Positions 19,085 to 28,597 of a DNA stretch of 64,000 nt are shown here, piece by piece (the stretch's first letter is position 1; each line of letters opens with the position of its first letter). A program made the position numbers and the translations under genes. The notes beneath the pieces are model-generated. The model worked only from the letters and a program-made list of their open reading frames with translations. It was not told where the DNA came from and ran no database searches. Where the stretch lies: contig OY771555.1 of assembly GCA_963674785.1 (NCBI GenBank), positions 2,169,175-2,233,174 of the forward strand, given 5' to 3'. The DNA is from Caldisericia bacterium. GTDB taxonomy: Bacteria > Caldisericota > Caldisericia > JAAYUI01.

Positions 19085-19674
19085 CACTTGGTATCCTTTC
19101 TGTGGCTCAACCACAATACGTGTTTCTCGCTGAAAATGGAAGGATTCTCATAGAAAAAGAGATAAAAAGGACAAGACTGACTGGCAACAGAATTATACCA
19201 AGTATCAAGTCATGTCTTGATGAAATAAATAGTAGCATAAAATCGATCGACACATTCATGGCGTTATCTGGTCCGGGTAGTATGACCGGCATCAGGGCTG
19301 GACTTGCCCCAATAAGGGCATGGGGATATGTATCAAACAAAAACGTCTTGCTTTTACCAACTCTCTCAGTTCTAGCATATGGGTTTGAAAAACCTGTTCT
19401 TGCATTAATGGCTGCAGGTAAAGATAAATGGTGGGGACAAGCTTTTTCGGGTGATATGAAAGATACCCCAAGAATCATGGATGAAGAAAAGTTAAAAGAC
19501 TACGATAATTGCGATTGGACATGGATTTCTCCCGCAAAGGTTGAACCCAAACAAGCAAGCGTCATAAAACATTTTCCAATCCCGAAACAAGTTATATCAA
19601 TAATGGATGATTATGAATCAACAAGCTGGATGAGAGCTTTACCGCAATACCTTTTCGAAATCACAAATGATTGA
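19060..19674 (+). CDS. tsaB: t6A biosynthesis protein TsaB
   Basis: GPGSMTGIRAG motif; tsaB-rimI-tsaD synteny. Confidence 0.8.
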   Translation: MDKVSHGLTLGILSVAQPQYVFLAENGRILIEKEIKRTRLTGNRIIPSIKSCLDEINSSIKSIDTFMALSGPGSMTGIRAGLAPIRAWGYVSNKNVLLLPTLSVLAYGFEKPVLALMAAGKDKWWGQAFSGDMKDTPRIMDEEKLKDYDNCDWTWISPAKVEPKQASVIKHFPIPKQVISIMDDYESTSWMRALPQYLFEITND

Positions 19675-20122
19675 CGGATTGACAATTAGAAAAGGGGAAG
19701 AGGAAGATTTTGAAAGCGTATACGAAATCGAGAGCATTTGTTATGACTTCCCCTGGGGAAGCGGAGAGTTTTATGATGATTTCGTTTGGAACAGACGTGG
19801 ATATTGGATTGTTGCAGAGATTAAAAACCAGGTTATCGGATTCGCTGGGATATGGTTTAAGCTTGGGGAGTTTCATATCGTTAATCTCGCCGTTTTACCA
19901 GAAAAAAGAAGGATGGGGATTGGGAATGCACTTGTTTCAGAACTTATCTCTTTTGCAAAAAAATCAAAAGGTAGGTACATCTTTCTCGAAGTTGAAGATG
20001 AGAACACAAACGCAATTGAACTTTACAAGGGATTTGGCTTTAGGGTGATAAGAAGAATTGAAGGGTACTATGCCGAAAATGGCAAATCCGCCTTACTTAT
20101 GATTAAGGAATTAAACAAATGA
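19667..20122 (+). CDS. rimI: Ribosomal-protein-alanine N-acetyltransferase
   Basis: HIVNLAV.PE.RRMGIG, FLEV..N..AI.LY..FGF, YY. Confidence 0.88.
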   Translation: MIDGLTIRKGEEEDFESVYEIESICYDFPWGSGEFYDDFVWNRRGYWIVAEIKNQVIGFAGIWFKLGEFHIVNLAVLPEKRRMGIGNALVSELISFAKKSKGRYIFLEVEDENTNAIELYKGFGFRVIRRIEGYYAENGKSALLMIKELNK

Positions 20123-21114
20123 TTTCACTAGGAATAGAAACATCTTGCGACGATACCGCCGTTGGGATTGTTGATGGAAACGAGATACTCGCACAAGTCA
20201 GGTCATCTCAAGACCGAGTACATTCAAAATGGGGAGGCATTGTCCCAGAACTTGCCTCGAGAGCTCATCTCGAAAACATGATCCCTGTTATTGATATTGC
20301 ACTTCGCGATGCAAAAACATCCATAGATGACATTGACATTATATCTTGTACATATGGACCAGGTCTTGTTGGTTCACTTTTGGTGGGCATAGAAACCGCA
20401 AAAGCTTTGAGTCTTATATGGGAAAAACCACTTGTAGGCGTTAACCATCTCAGGGGGCATGTTTCAGCTGCAATGCTTGCACACCCTGATATTGAGCTTC
20501 CATCTCTGGGGCTTTTAATTTCGGGTGGGCATACTGAAATAATCAAATTCAATCCAGATTTCACACTGGAACTGATCTCTGGGACAAGAGATGACGCAGT
20601 TGGTGAAACACTTGACAAATTTGGAAGGGTGCTTGGGCTCGAATACCCTGCAGGACCAGAGATTGATAGAATGTCATTCATAGGAGATTCTTCAAAGGTA
20701 AAATTTCCAACGGTTAAGCTGAAAGATGATAGTCTGGATTTCAGTTTTTCAGGGCTTAAGACATCAGGGATAAGAGCAATTGAAAAATATCCCGAACTTT
20801 CGAAAGAAGATCTTGCATCATCTTTTATGAAAGCGCTTACTGATCAACTGCTTGATCGATTGATGACTGCAACAATCAAAATAAAACCTAAATCAATTTT
20901 TGCCGTTGGTGGAGTCTCAGCGAGTAGATACATCGCTTCGAGATTGGAAAGCTTTTCCGCAACATTTAGTCTTCCACTCCACATTCCACCCCCCTCTCTT
21001 TGCACTGACAATGGAGCGATGATAGCTTACTGCGGACTTTTGTATTACAAGTTTGGTATAAAGTCGGGGCTTGGACTCCAGCCAATTTCACGTCTTTCGC
21101 TTGATTCAGTTTAG
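20119..21114 (+). CDS. tsaD: tRNA threonylcarbamoyltransferase TsaD
   Basis: LGIETSCDDT, VPELASRAH, HLRGH, SGGHT, DDAVGE..DK, FSFSGLKT, CTDNGAMIA. Confidence 0.95.
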   Translation: MISLGIETSCDDTAVGIVDGNEILAQVRSSQDRVHSKWGGIVPELASRAHLENMIPVIDIALRDAKTSIDDIDIISCTYGPGLVGSLLVGIETAKALSLIWEKPLVGVNHLRGHVSAAMLAHPDIELPSLGLLISGGHTEIIKFNPDFTLELISGTRDDAVGETLDKFGRVLGLEYPAGPEIDRMSFIGDSSKVKFPTVKLKDDSLDFSFSGLKTSGIRAIEKYPELSKEDLASSFMKALTDQLLDRLMTATIKIKPKSIFAVGGVSASRYIASRLESFSATFSLPLHIPPPSLCTDNGAMIAYCGLLYYKFGIKSGLGLQPISRLSLDSV

Positions 21115-21133
21115 CCCGTCGCCAAAGGATATA

Positions 21134-21161
21134 TTGACAACAAGATTTGTAAGGTTAAACT
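21134..21161 (+). promoter_or_regulatory. Promoter of the two-component operon
   Basis: TTGACA-N16-TAAACT, followed by SD AAGGAGG 21172..21178. Confidence 0.65.
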
Positions 21162-21184
21162 GTATAGAAACAAGGAGGCTTGTG

Positions 21185-21934
21185 ATGAGCGAGAAAGCCA
21201 AAAAAGAGAAAAAGAGAATACTTATCATTGAAGATGAATACAGGATCGTTGAGTCATTAAAGTTTAATCTTGAAGGTGAAAACTATATTGTTCACCATGC
21301 CTCACTTGGTAAAGAAGGACTTGAACTCTTCAGAAGAAGGAAACCTGACCTTATTTTGCTTGACCTAATGCTCCCAGAGGGTCAAAGTGGAATTGACATC
21401 CTAAGAGAAATTAGACAAGAGGATTCAAACATCCCAGTAATCATTATTACCGCAAAAACAACCGAGATTGATGAGGTTGTCGGAATGGAAATGGAAGCGG
21501 ATGATTACATCACAAAACCATTCTCAATGGCAGTCTTAAAATCTCATATCAAAAGACGACTCAAGGTTGCCGAACACAAGGGCACCACTGAAGAAAAAGA
21601 AAAAGAACCCAAAGAGATCGATATCGGGGACATATACATGAACTACGCACAACGTGAGTGCAAAATCAAAGGAAGACCGGTCAAGCTTGGTTATAAGGAA
21701 TTTGAGATTCTTTGGTATCTTGCCAATAATCCAAATCAGGTTTTCAAACGTGAGCAGATCATGGAAGAGGTTTGGCAGGTTGACCAGCCACTTGATACAA
21801 AAACCGTTGATGTTCATATTAGATGGATTAGAAAAAAGATTGAGCCAAAACCAGACACACCCAGATATATTGAGACAGTTAGAGGTGTAGGATATAAATT
21901 CAGCTCCTCCCATCAGGACAAGGAGACCGATTAG
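21185..21934 (+). CDS. OmpR/PhoB-family response regulator (WalR/PhoP/RegX3-like)
   Basis: ILIIEDE, LLDLMLP, ADDYITKPFS, TVDVHIRWIRKKIE, ETVRGVGY. Start refined to 21185. Confidence 0.92.
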   Translation: MSEKAKKEKKRILIIEDEYRIVESLKFNLEGENYIVHHASLGKEGLELFRRRKPDLILLDLMLPEGQSGIDILREIRQEDSNIPVIIITAKTTEIDEVVGMEMEADDYITKPFSMAVLKSHIKRRLKVAEHKGTTEEKEKEPKEIDIGDIYMNYAQRECKIKGRPVKLGYKEFEILWYLANNPNQVFKREQIMEEVWQVDQPLDTKTVDVHIRWIRKKIEPKPDTPRYIETVRGVGYKFSSSHQDKETD

Positions 21935-21936
21935 CT

Positions 21937-23655
21937 TTGAGTTTCTGGGTCAGGCTCGTCCTGACCTTTACACTTTGTCTTGTTGTTACACTCCTACCGT
22001 TGGGAGTGTATATGCACTATTCTATTACAGACCTTCAAGGCAGAACTCTTATTGAACATGCTGTAAACCAGGCAAACTGGATTTCTCATGATATTTCTTT
22101 TGAGCTTCGAAGGGTCAATCTTCAAGAGATTGAGTTCTTTTTAAAAGGGAAGTATCGCAACCTTAATTGGATAATCGTTGATATTGATGATGAGATTATC
22201 GCCAGTACAAATAGACTGACTCAAGTAAACTCCACTAATTATCCTGAACTAGAAAGCTCTAAAGATGGAGCAATAGGTCAAGGTATCAGAGATATTGACG
22301 GGGTACTAAACGTTGTTGTTGCTCTCCCAGTCTTTTTTGAAGGAGAGATTGTTGCACATCTAATAATTCATTACCCCGCAAGCTCAATAAAAAACATTGG
22401 ACCAAATATTGTCAAGTTTATAGCCTCAACATTTATCATCGCTTTGTTGCTCGGGATCATGCTCATATATTTCAGTATGAGATACCAAACCAAACCATTA
22501 TCAATGCTCATCGATGATGCAAGAGCTATAAGTGATGGTGATTATGACAGGGTATTCACAACCTCTGGAACAGATGAGATTGCTCAACTTTCTAGAGCCC
22601 TACAGATAATGGTCACAAAACTGAAATCTGCTCTTCATGTAGCAAGAGAAGAGCAAAGCAAATTTGATGCAATCTTCCGTAACATGATGGATGGATTGAT
22701 TGTTGCCGATTCAGACGGAAGACTTCTTGTTGCTAACGCAGCATTTTTAACAATGTTTGGTGTCTCCCTTGCTGAGCTTTACGGTTTTGATGTAAGACAA
22801 TGCGATTTACCTCAGGAAGTAATTGACTCAATTCTCTTCCTGGAACGAGAGAGAGAAGTAATAATAACAAAACCTTCAAAAAGAGTTATCAGAATCAGAA
22901 CGTCACCCATAGACGATACCAACGAAAAAATCGGCTCAATTACAATTTGCGAAGACATTACAAGACTAAAAGAACTGGAATCATCTGAAAGAGAATTCAC
23001 ACAATATATCAGTCACGAGTTGAAAACTCCTCTCACATCACTTTCCGCATCTGTTGAAACCCTTCTTGAATTGCCAGAAGAAAAAAAGAACATTAGAACA
23101 AGATTCTTGAAAAACCTTGAAAAAGACATCGAAAGACTGAAGAAGCTCGTAAATTCAATAATAACATTCCAAAGAACAAGAGACAAAGCAGAGGAGTTTG
23201 TAAGATTTGAAGCTGTAGAGCTAATAATGGAGGTTCACAGTAAATTCCTTGCCTATGCACATAAAATTGGAGTTCACTTAGATATGGAGCTTCCTGAGGA
23301 TGAAATCCACGTTATTGCAAACCGCGATCGAATTACACAGGTTCTCATGAATCTAACAGACAACGCAATTCGATTCACACCAAAAGGTGGCAAAGTGAGT
23401 ATTGGACTTGTTGAAGAAAAAAATAGAGTCCTCTTTTACGTCGAAGACACTGGAATAGGAATACCACCACAATATCTTGAAAAGCTTGGGGAACGATTTA
23501 TCAAGATCCCAAGAAAGGATCATGATTACGACACACAGGTTGGACTTGGTCTTTCGATATGCATGGAGATTCTTGGAAAACATGGAAGCAGACTTGACAT
23601 TAACTCAATCGAAGGGGAAGGATCAAAATTCAGCTTTTACCTCAAGAAATCTTGA
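21937..23655 (+). CDS. Sensor histidine kinase (2 TM, HAMP, PAS, HisKA, HATPase), PhoR/WalK-like
   Basis: DEIAQL, NMMDGLIV, SHELKTPLT, NLTDNAIRF, DTGIGIP, GLGLSI. Confidence 0.92.
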   Translation: MSFWVRLVLTFTLCLVVTLLPLGVYMHYSITDLQGRTLIEHAVNQANWISHDISFELRRVNLQEIEFFLKGKYRNLNWIIVDIDDEIIASTNRLTQVNSTNYPELESSKDGAIGQGIRDIDGVLNVVVALPVFFEGEIVAHLIIHYPASSIKNIGPNIVKFIASTFIIALLLGIMLIYFSMRYQTKPLSMLIDDARAISDGDYDRVFTTSGTDEIAQLSRALQIMVTKLKSALHVAREEQSKFDAIFRNMMDGLIVADSDGRLLVANAAFLTMFGVSLAELYGFDVRQCDLPQEVIDSILFLEREREVIITKPSKRVIRIRTSPIDDTNEKIGSITICEDITRLKELESSEREFTQYISHELKTPLTSLSASVETLLELPEEKKNIRTRFLKNLEKDIERLKKLVNSIITFQRTRDKAEEFVRFEAVELIMEVHSKFLAYAHKIGVHLDMELPEDEIHVIANRDRITQVLMNLTDNAIRFTPKGGKVSIGLVEEKNRVLFYVEDTGIGIPPQYLEKLGERFIKIPRKDHDYDTQVGLGLSICMEILGKHGSRLDINSIEGEGSKFSFYLKKS

Positions 23656-23663
23656 TATATCAG

Positions 23664-24905
23664 TTACTCTTTGATCCCTGCCCAAACGGCAACAAGTTCA
23701 TCGTCGATAGTTTCAAAACAAACTGAGAGAGGTATATCCAAAGGGAATCTTAATTCCAGTTTGTCGTTCCCCGCAGGAAGCCAAATTCCAATATTTGATT
23801 CAAAGGATCCGTTTTTAATCTCTGGAATCCCTGCAAACCCAAGACCTTCACTCCAGGTAAAAGTTTGTGCATTTTTACCAGAGGTGACGAGTGTTATTCC
23901 GAACACCCCAGAGTACTCATCAACTATGACATCATTTGGAAATTCATCTATCTCAATACTCGAAACAACCTTACTATCAAGTAAAGAAAAAATTGCCAAC
24001 TCAAAACCAGTTTCTGTACAAATGGCTGCGGCTATTTTTTCGTCACCAATGAAGTCGAGAGCACATACATCACCCTTGATATAATTGAACGCACCGAGAG
24101 CCCATTTCCCTTCCCATAAAACTACTGGCTCTTTTGTGTTTTCAAAAACCTTTATAGATTGAATTCCTTCATCAGAAATATAGTTTTCAATCTCGATATC
24201 ATTTTTGTTGCAGAACAGAAATCTAATCTCAGCATCATTTGATTTGTCTTGCACGTATTTTTCACTCGTGTTTTCAATTCTTGGAAGAAAATCCCACTTT
24301 GGTTGTGTTTTGTACCAGTTCGACTCAGACAGTCCCAATATTGGATCGGACTTTGTGCCAAGTGTGCAAACACCATGTCTGCCATCACCATCATTACAAA
24401 CTGCAAGAGCAACAACATCTGAATAGATAATACCATCTTCAAATCCAGCAAGTGGAAGTATCTTATTCCAATCACCCGTTAATGGAGTCTCTTCCAAGTC
24501 AAATGTTTTAATATCTCCACTTTTAATATCAGCTATGAAACAAATCGATTGAATTGAATCAGGAAGAGATCTGATTCTGAAACCATGGTCAGGAACTCCA
24601 GGATTGATCTCTTCAACCCTTTCACGTTCAGTATTCATTTTTATGGTAAAAAGATTGTTATGACCTTCGGAAACCTCAATATCGGAAACATTGGGAAGGA
24701 AACCAACCGATTCAACTCTCACATTATATATTCCAGGATCAAGGATATATTCCTCGACCGGGACATCTATCTTCTCACCATTCAGAAAAACACTAGCATC
24801 AGACTGGTCAATCAGTAGGGTAAGACTTGTTTGGTCACCACATGAGATGACCAAACAAGTAGTAATCAAAAGGACAATCGATAATATTACTTTGTTTCGA
24901 ACCAT
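23664..24905 (-). CDS. PEGA-domain lipoprotein
   Basis: Lipobox VISC. ASVFLNGE...LDPGIYNVRVESVGF PEGA-like segment; beta-rich remainder. Confidence 0.65.
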   Translation of the reverse strand: MVRNKVILSIVLLITTCLVISCGDQTSLTLLIDQSDASVFLNGEKIDVPVEEYILDPGIYNVRVESVGFLPNVSDIEVSEGHNNLFTIKMNTERERVEEINPGVPDHGFRIRSLPDSIQSICFIADIKSGDIKTFDLEETPLTGDWNKILPLAGFEDGIIYSDVVALAVCNDGDGRHGVCTLGTKSDPILGLSESNWYKTQPKWDFLPRIENTSEKYVQDKSNDAEIRFLFCNKNDIEIENYISDEGIQSIKVFENTKEPVVLWEGKWALGAFNYIKGDVCALDFIGDEKIAAAICTETGFELAIFSLLDSKVVSSIEIDEFPNDVIVDEYSGVFGITLVTSGKNAQTFTWSEGLGFAGIPEIKNGSFESNIGIWLPAGNDKLELRFPLDIPLSVCFETIDDELVAVWAGIKE

Positions 24906-26308
24906 TCCAGGAAAGCCGCATATTCGTTTGAATAATTCTTGTCACCAATTATAAGCTTGATTGTGTAGAAATGATCATTATTCATATAAGTGGTGTAAAT
25001 CATTGTTTTCTCGCCATCTTCAACTTTATATTGAAGTGCATCTTTTGTCCCAAGTTTTACATTTTTGGTTTCAGAAATTGATAATTGTGGATCAGTTTTA
25101 TATATCTCTTGAATACCACCAAGAGTTAAACCCGCATAACTTAAAGCTGACTGTACATCGATTGCAATAAATGATCCATTTCCATCAGGAGGATTGATAA
25201 ATGATGCCATCTCTGAGACCTCTTCATAATTCCATCCCATTGGAAGAACGATTTTAAATCTATCATTATCAATCGTGTCTCCTTTTCTCACAACTGGATT
25301 ATCGATTGGGTCAACATCAACATTATTATTCTGGTTCTGATTCGAAGTATTATTTCCATCATCTGATCCATTGTTGTTATCTGATATAGCATCGGGGTCA
25401 TTTTCAGGAATGTAATTGAAGGAGGAGATAATCTCAGAAATTGTTTCTTGATCGAGTTCAGAAGAAATATAAATCTTTATAAGCTGTCCATTTGTCAAAA
25501 GAAAATACTCTTCAGATATATTTTCAAATGTTACCAGCTCACCAACAGATTTCTTGTTGCCAATTGAATCGTCATTCAAATCAGTAAGGTATTCAAAAAG
25601 AGCGTCGGTTGCTTCAGGATTGAACTCCTCAGATTTTACAAAATCAATCTGTATCAATTCATTCCCATCTGAATTTAGGAATTTAACCTGATCATCGGTT
25701 TTTTCAATCTCCCAGTTTGAATGATACTTAAATTTCCAATATCCCTGATCGTATGTCTGAACGGTCCACTCAACAGGTTGTTGTTTTTGGGCAATCCAGT
25801 TTGATAAATTTACTGAAACACTGGTGAAGATTAATTCCGCAGTATCAAGCTCAGATTTCTTATACTTACCAGGTTGTAATTGAGAAAGGTAGATTGCTCC
25901 ATCTATCGGGCTAAACATTATAATCCCCCTCCCTCCATTCTCATCTTTGATTCTGAAAAGATTCGAGGGAAGTGGATTGTTTGTTGAGTTAACCATTAAC
26001 TCAACTTCTTTTTCTTCAAGTTTTTCGTATCCGCCAAGCTTTGCATTCATAAAAGCTTCGATTTTTGAAAGATCACCCAATTCAGAGTCTTCGTTCTCAA
26101 TTGCGTCAAACTGAAGCATTACACCTTCAAAAACAAGCTTTGTACTATATTCATCTTCAACAACATCCCAGGATTCGGGATACCCAATGGTTAGATATTT
26201 TCCATCATACTCTTTTGTAAGTTCAGGTATTGAAGAACCACACGAAACAACAATCGACAAAACTACAAGCAAGGTTAATACCAATGTCAAATTTTTCCTA
26301 AGTCGCAT
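24887..26308 (-). CDS. Lipoprotein with three PsbP/DcrB-like domains
   Basis: Lipobox VVSC. Domain starts YLTIGYPESW, YWKFKYHSNW, RFKIVLPMGW; N/D-rich linker. Confidence 0.65.
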   Translation of the reverse strand: MRLRKNLTLVLTLLVVLSIVVSCGSSIPELTKEYDGKYLTIGYPESWDVVEDEYSTKLVFEGVMLQFDAIENEDSELGDLSKIEAFMNAKLGGYEKLEEKEVELMVNSTNNPLPSNLFRIKDENGGRGIIMFSPIDGAIYLSQLQPGKYKKSELDTAELIFTSVSVNLSNWIAQKQQPVEWTVQTYDQGYWKFKYHSNWEIEKTDDQVKFLNSDGNELIQIDFVKSEEFNPEATDALFEYLTDLNDDSIGNKKSVGELVTFENISEEYFLLTNGQLIKIYISSELDQETISEIISSFNYIPENDPDAISDNNNGSDDGNNTSNQNQNNNVDVDPIDNPVVRKGDTIDNDRFKIVLPMGWNYEEVSEMASFINPPDGNGSFIAIDVQSALSYAGLTLGGIQEIYKTDPQLSISETKNVKLGTKDALQYKVEDGEKTMIYTTYMNNDHFYTIKLIIGDKNYSNEYAAFLEWFETK

Positions 26309-26353
26309 TCACAGCTCCTTCCGCTGATTTATTAACAGAAAACATCAGCAGGG

Positions 26354-26863
26354 TCAAGGCACAGGTGTATCAAGAACTTGATTTATTTTTAACGAAGCCA
26401 ATATGTCTTCGAGTTCTTTTTCTATCCGATTCTCCATATTTGCGTATGTGAAAAAATAGATATCTGGGGCAACAGAAAAAAAGAAGTTGTATGTCGTTGT
26501 ATTCTGAGTAATTTCAACCATTGGAAAAGATAAATCACCAAACTTAACTTCTTCTGGACTGGACGCATTTTCCAGACCCTCAAAAACACTATTTGCATAA
26601 TCCATCGCTGTCATATCTATCCCACTAATCAAACTAACGACAAGAACTGAATGGTTATGATAAGTAGAATTAGACTTGATCAAAATTGAATTTGATTCAC
26701 CTTCTTCGGAAGTGACCGTCCAATCAACTGGTCTATCAAAGGAAATCCCTTCAAATATTTGTTCTGTTACTTGAAGCTCTGTATCGACACTTGCAGTCTG
26801 CCCACACGAAACCATTGAGAACAAAACAAATAAAATGACTCCGACATTGAAAAATCTTCTCAC
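26354..26863 (-). CDS. Lipoprotein, single PsbP/DcrB-like domain
   Basis: Lipobox MVSC; GISFDRPVDW...ILASLKI. Confidence 0.65.
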   Translation of the reverse strand: MRRFFNVGVILFVLFSMVSCGQTASVDTELQVTEQIFEGISFDRPVDWTVTSEEGESNSILIKSNSTYHNHSVLVVSLISGIDMTAMDYANSVFEGLENASSPEEVKFGDLSFPMVEITQNTTTYNFFFSVAPDIYFFTYANMENRIEKELEDILASLKINQVLDTPVP

Positions 26864-27444
26864 TTTTTCACCACTATGGAATCAAGTAAACCTTGCAAGT
26901 TGAAACCTGAAGCGGGAACCTCAGAAATAATACTTATCAGAAGAATATTTTCATCGCCAATATCTGAGACCAGCTGCCACAAAAAGTTTTCAAATTCCGC
27001 CCCCTGAACAAGACCTCTTACTTCAAAAAACATCAGACCATTCTTATTTGAGAGGGTTCTCATTTCTGGATTCATAATAGTTGACGATGTTAATGTTGTA
27101 TATTTCTTTGAGTTCAGGTAACCATGAGTATCAATTAGTTGGAGAGAAATCCCTGAAATTTCCACATTATCGATATTTGATGGATATATTGAGACCGAAT
27201 TATCATTTTTATCACTTATAAACCATCCCGATGGAATCTCAAAACCTAAAAAATCATTTTCAAAAAAGCCATCTGAATCATTTGTTTGAAAATCCTTAGC
27301 GGATAATTCAGTTTCAATTTGTGAACTTTTATTCTCAACATTCTCATCAGTTGTTTCCTGCTTATTGCCCTGTCCACAGGAAACAAAAGCAAGCAAAAGA
27401 CTCAAAACCAAAATCGTGGAGAGAATCTTCGTTGATTTACTCAT
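26860..27444 (-). CDS. Lipoprotein, single PsbP/DcrB-like domain
   Basis: Lipobox FVSC; FENDFLGFEIPSGW...LLDSIVVK. Alternative GTG start 27459. Confidence 0.65.
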   Translation of the reverse strand: MSKSTKILSTILVLSLLLAFVSCGQGNKQETTDENVENKSSQIETELSAKDFQTNDSDGFFENDFLGFEIPSGWFISDKNDNSVSIYPSNIDNVEISGISLQLIDTHGYLNSKKYTTLTSSTIMNPEMRTLSNKNGLMFFEVRGLVQGAEFENFLWQLVSDIGDENILLISIISEVPASGFNLQGLLDSIVVKK

Positions 27445-27455
27445 TATTTTATTCC

Positions 27456-28466
27456 TCACTTCAATTCAATTGATTCAATAATCTTCGTTGCTCCCTCAGG
27501 GATAGTGTTTGAAACAGTTACCAGCGAAACCATAATTTGATTTGTTGAATCAATACTTGTTATCAGATGATGCTCAAAGTAGGTATTATGGGATGATTGA
27601 ATTACCTGATACTTTATCCCTCCATACTGAGAGGTTCTTTTTTTGCCGTTTGTCTGGGATTGAATTCCAGCAACAAAATCATCAAAGGTTATCGTATCAC
27701 CTAAATCAACATACTGGATAGAAAAGGATAGAACATCTAGATTGCTACCAATTTTAGGTTCTAAAACAGTCACCCTTGAATCATCAGATGTCAATTCCCA
27801 TTCTTTCGGGATTGTAAACTTTAGGTGTTCATTCTCAAACAACTCATCCTTTGAGGAATCAGTTTCAATATTCCCATTATTGTCAGGAATATTTTCCTGA
27901 TCTTCTGTTAAAGTGTTTTCATCATTCGAGTTGTTACCCTCAAGGGCAACATCATTGTTGTTTTCTATTTCTTTTTGAAGGAAGAAATCTGGATTAGTAA
28001 CCTCAAATGTTTTTATTATATTGTAAGCAAGGTCAAAACCAGATTTTGAGTTGGGAGTTGGCGCAGTGTAAACATTTACAATATAAAAATCCAGGGGCGA
28101 GAGAAGAACAATACCCTTCCCTTTTTCGGTATCACCAGTGATGATAACTCCCGAGGTTATTTCTTCTAGTTTGTATTCTTTCAACCCGCTTTTAATGGAA
28201 TCTGTTTTCGATTCAATGCTTTTAAAGCTACCCTCGCGCGCAGCGGCAAAGGGTTCAACATCAATATTAATCGTAAAATCGTTCCCCTTTATGATTCCAC
28301 CACTCTCTAATTTTGAGGTTGAAAAACCAGTCGGGTAATCTATCTTGAAGAAATCGCCACTCATTGTATTTTCAAACTTCAGTTCAACCTTCTCTGTACA
28401 TGAGACAAACATCAAAACCAAAACGAGAAGGAACGAAAGCGAAATCCTTTTTATCTCTTTCATCAT
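27456..28466 (-). CDS. Lipoprotein with two PsbP/DcrB-like domains
   Basis: Lipobox FVSC; GDFFKIDYPTGF and FENEHLKFTIPKEW; acidic linker. Confidence 0.65.
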   Translation of the reverse strand: MMKEIKRISLSFLLVLVLMFVSCTEKVELKFENTMSGDFFKIDYPTGFSTSKLESGGIIKGNDFTINIDVEPFAAAREGSFKSIESKTDSIKSGLKEYKLEEITSGVIITGDTEKGKGIVLLSPLDFYIVNVYTAPTPNSKSGFDLAYNIIKTFEVTNPDFFLQKEIENNNDVALEGNNSNDENTLTEDQENIPDNNGNIETDSSKDELFENEHLKFTIPKEWELTSDDSRVTVLEPKIGSNLDVLSFSIQYVDLGDTITFDDFVAGIQSQTNGKKRTSQYGGIKYQVIQSSHNTYFEHHLITSIDSTNQIMVSLVTVSNTIPEGATKIIESIELK

Positions 28467-28503
28467 TTTATATGTTTCTACCCCTATCTCTCCAATTTAC
28501 TTC

Positions 28504-28532
28504 ATTATAGTAGAAAATAATCACTAGTTCCA
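28504..28532 (-). promoter_or_regulatory. Internal promoter in the lipoprotein array
   Basis: TGGAAC-N17-TATAAT upstream of the 28466 start. Confidence 0.55.
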
Positions 28533-28538
28533 TAAATA

Positions 28539-28570
28539 AAAATACCCGACAGAAATCTGTCGGGTATTTT
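28539..28570 (-). terminator. Intrinsic terminator
   Basis: AAAATACCCGACAGA-aa-TCTGTCGGGTATTTT perfect 15-bp inverted repeat. Confidence 0.85.
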
Positions 28571-28597
28571 CCATAAGGACTTTATGTAGCGAAAGTA

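Noticed and set aside
21185-23655. Two-component system as dedicated regulator of the lipoprotein array
   Set aside because: Only convergent adjacency; no direct-repeat boxes recognised in the array promoters.
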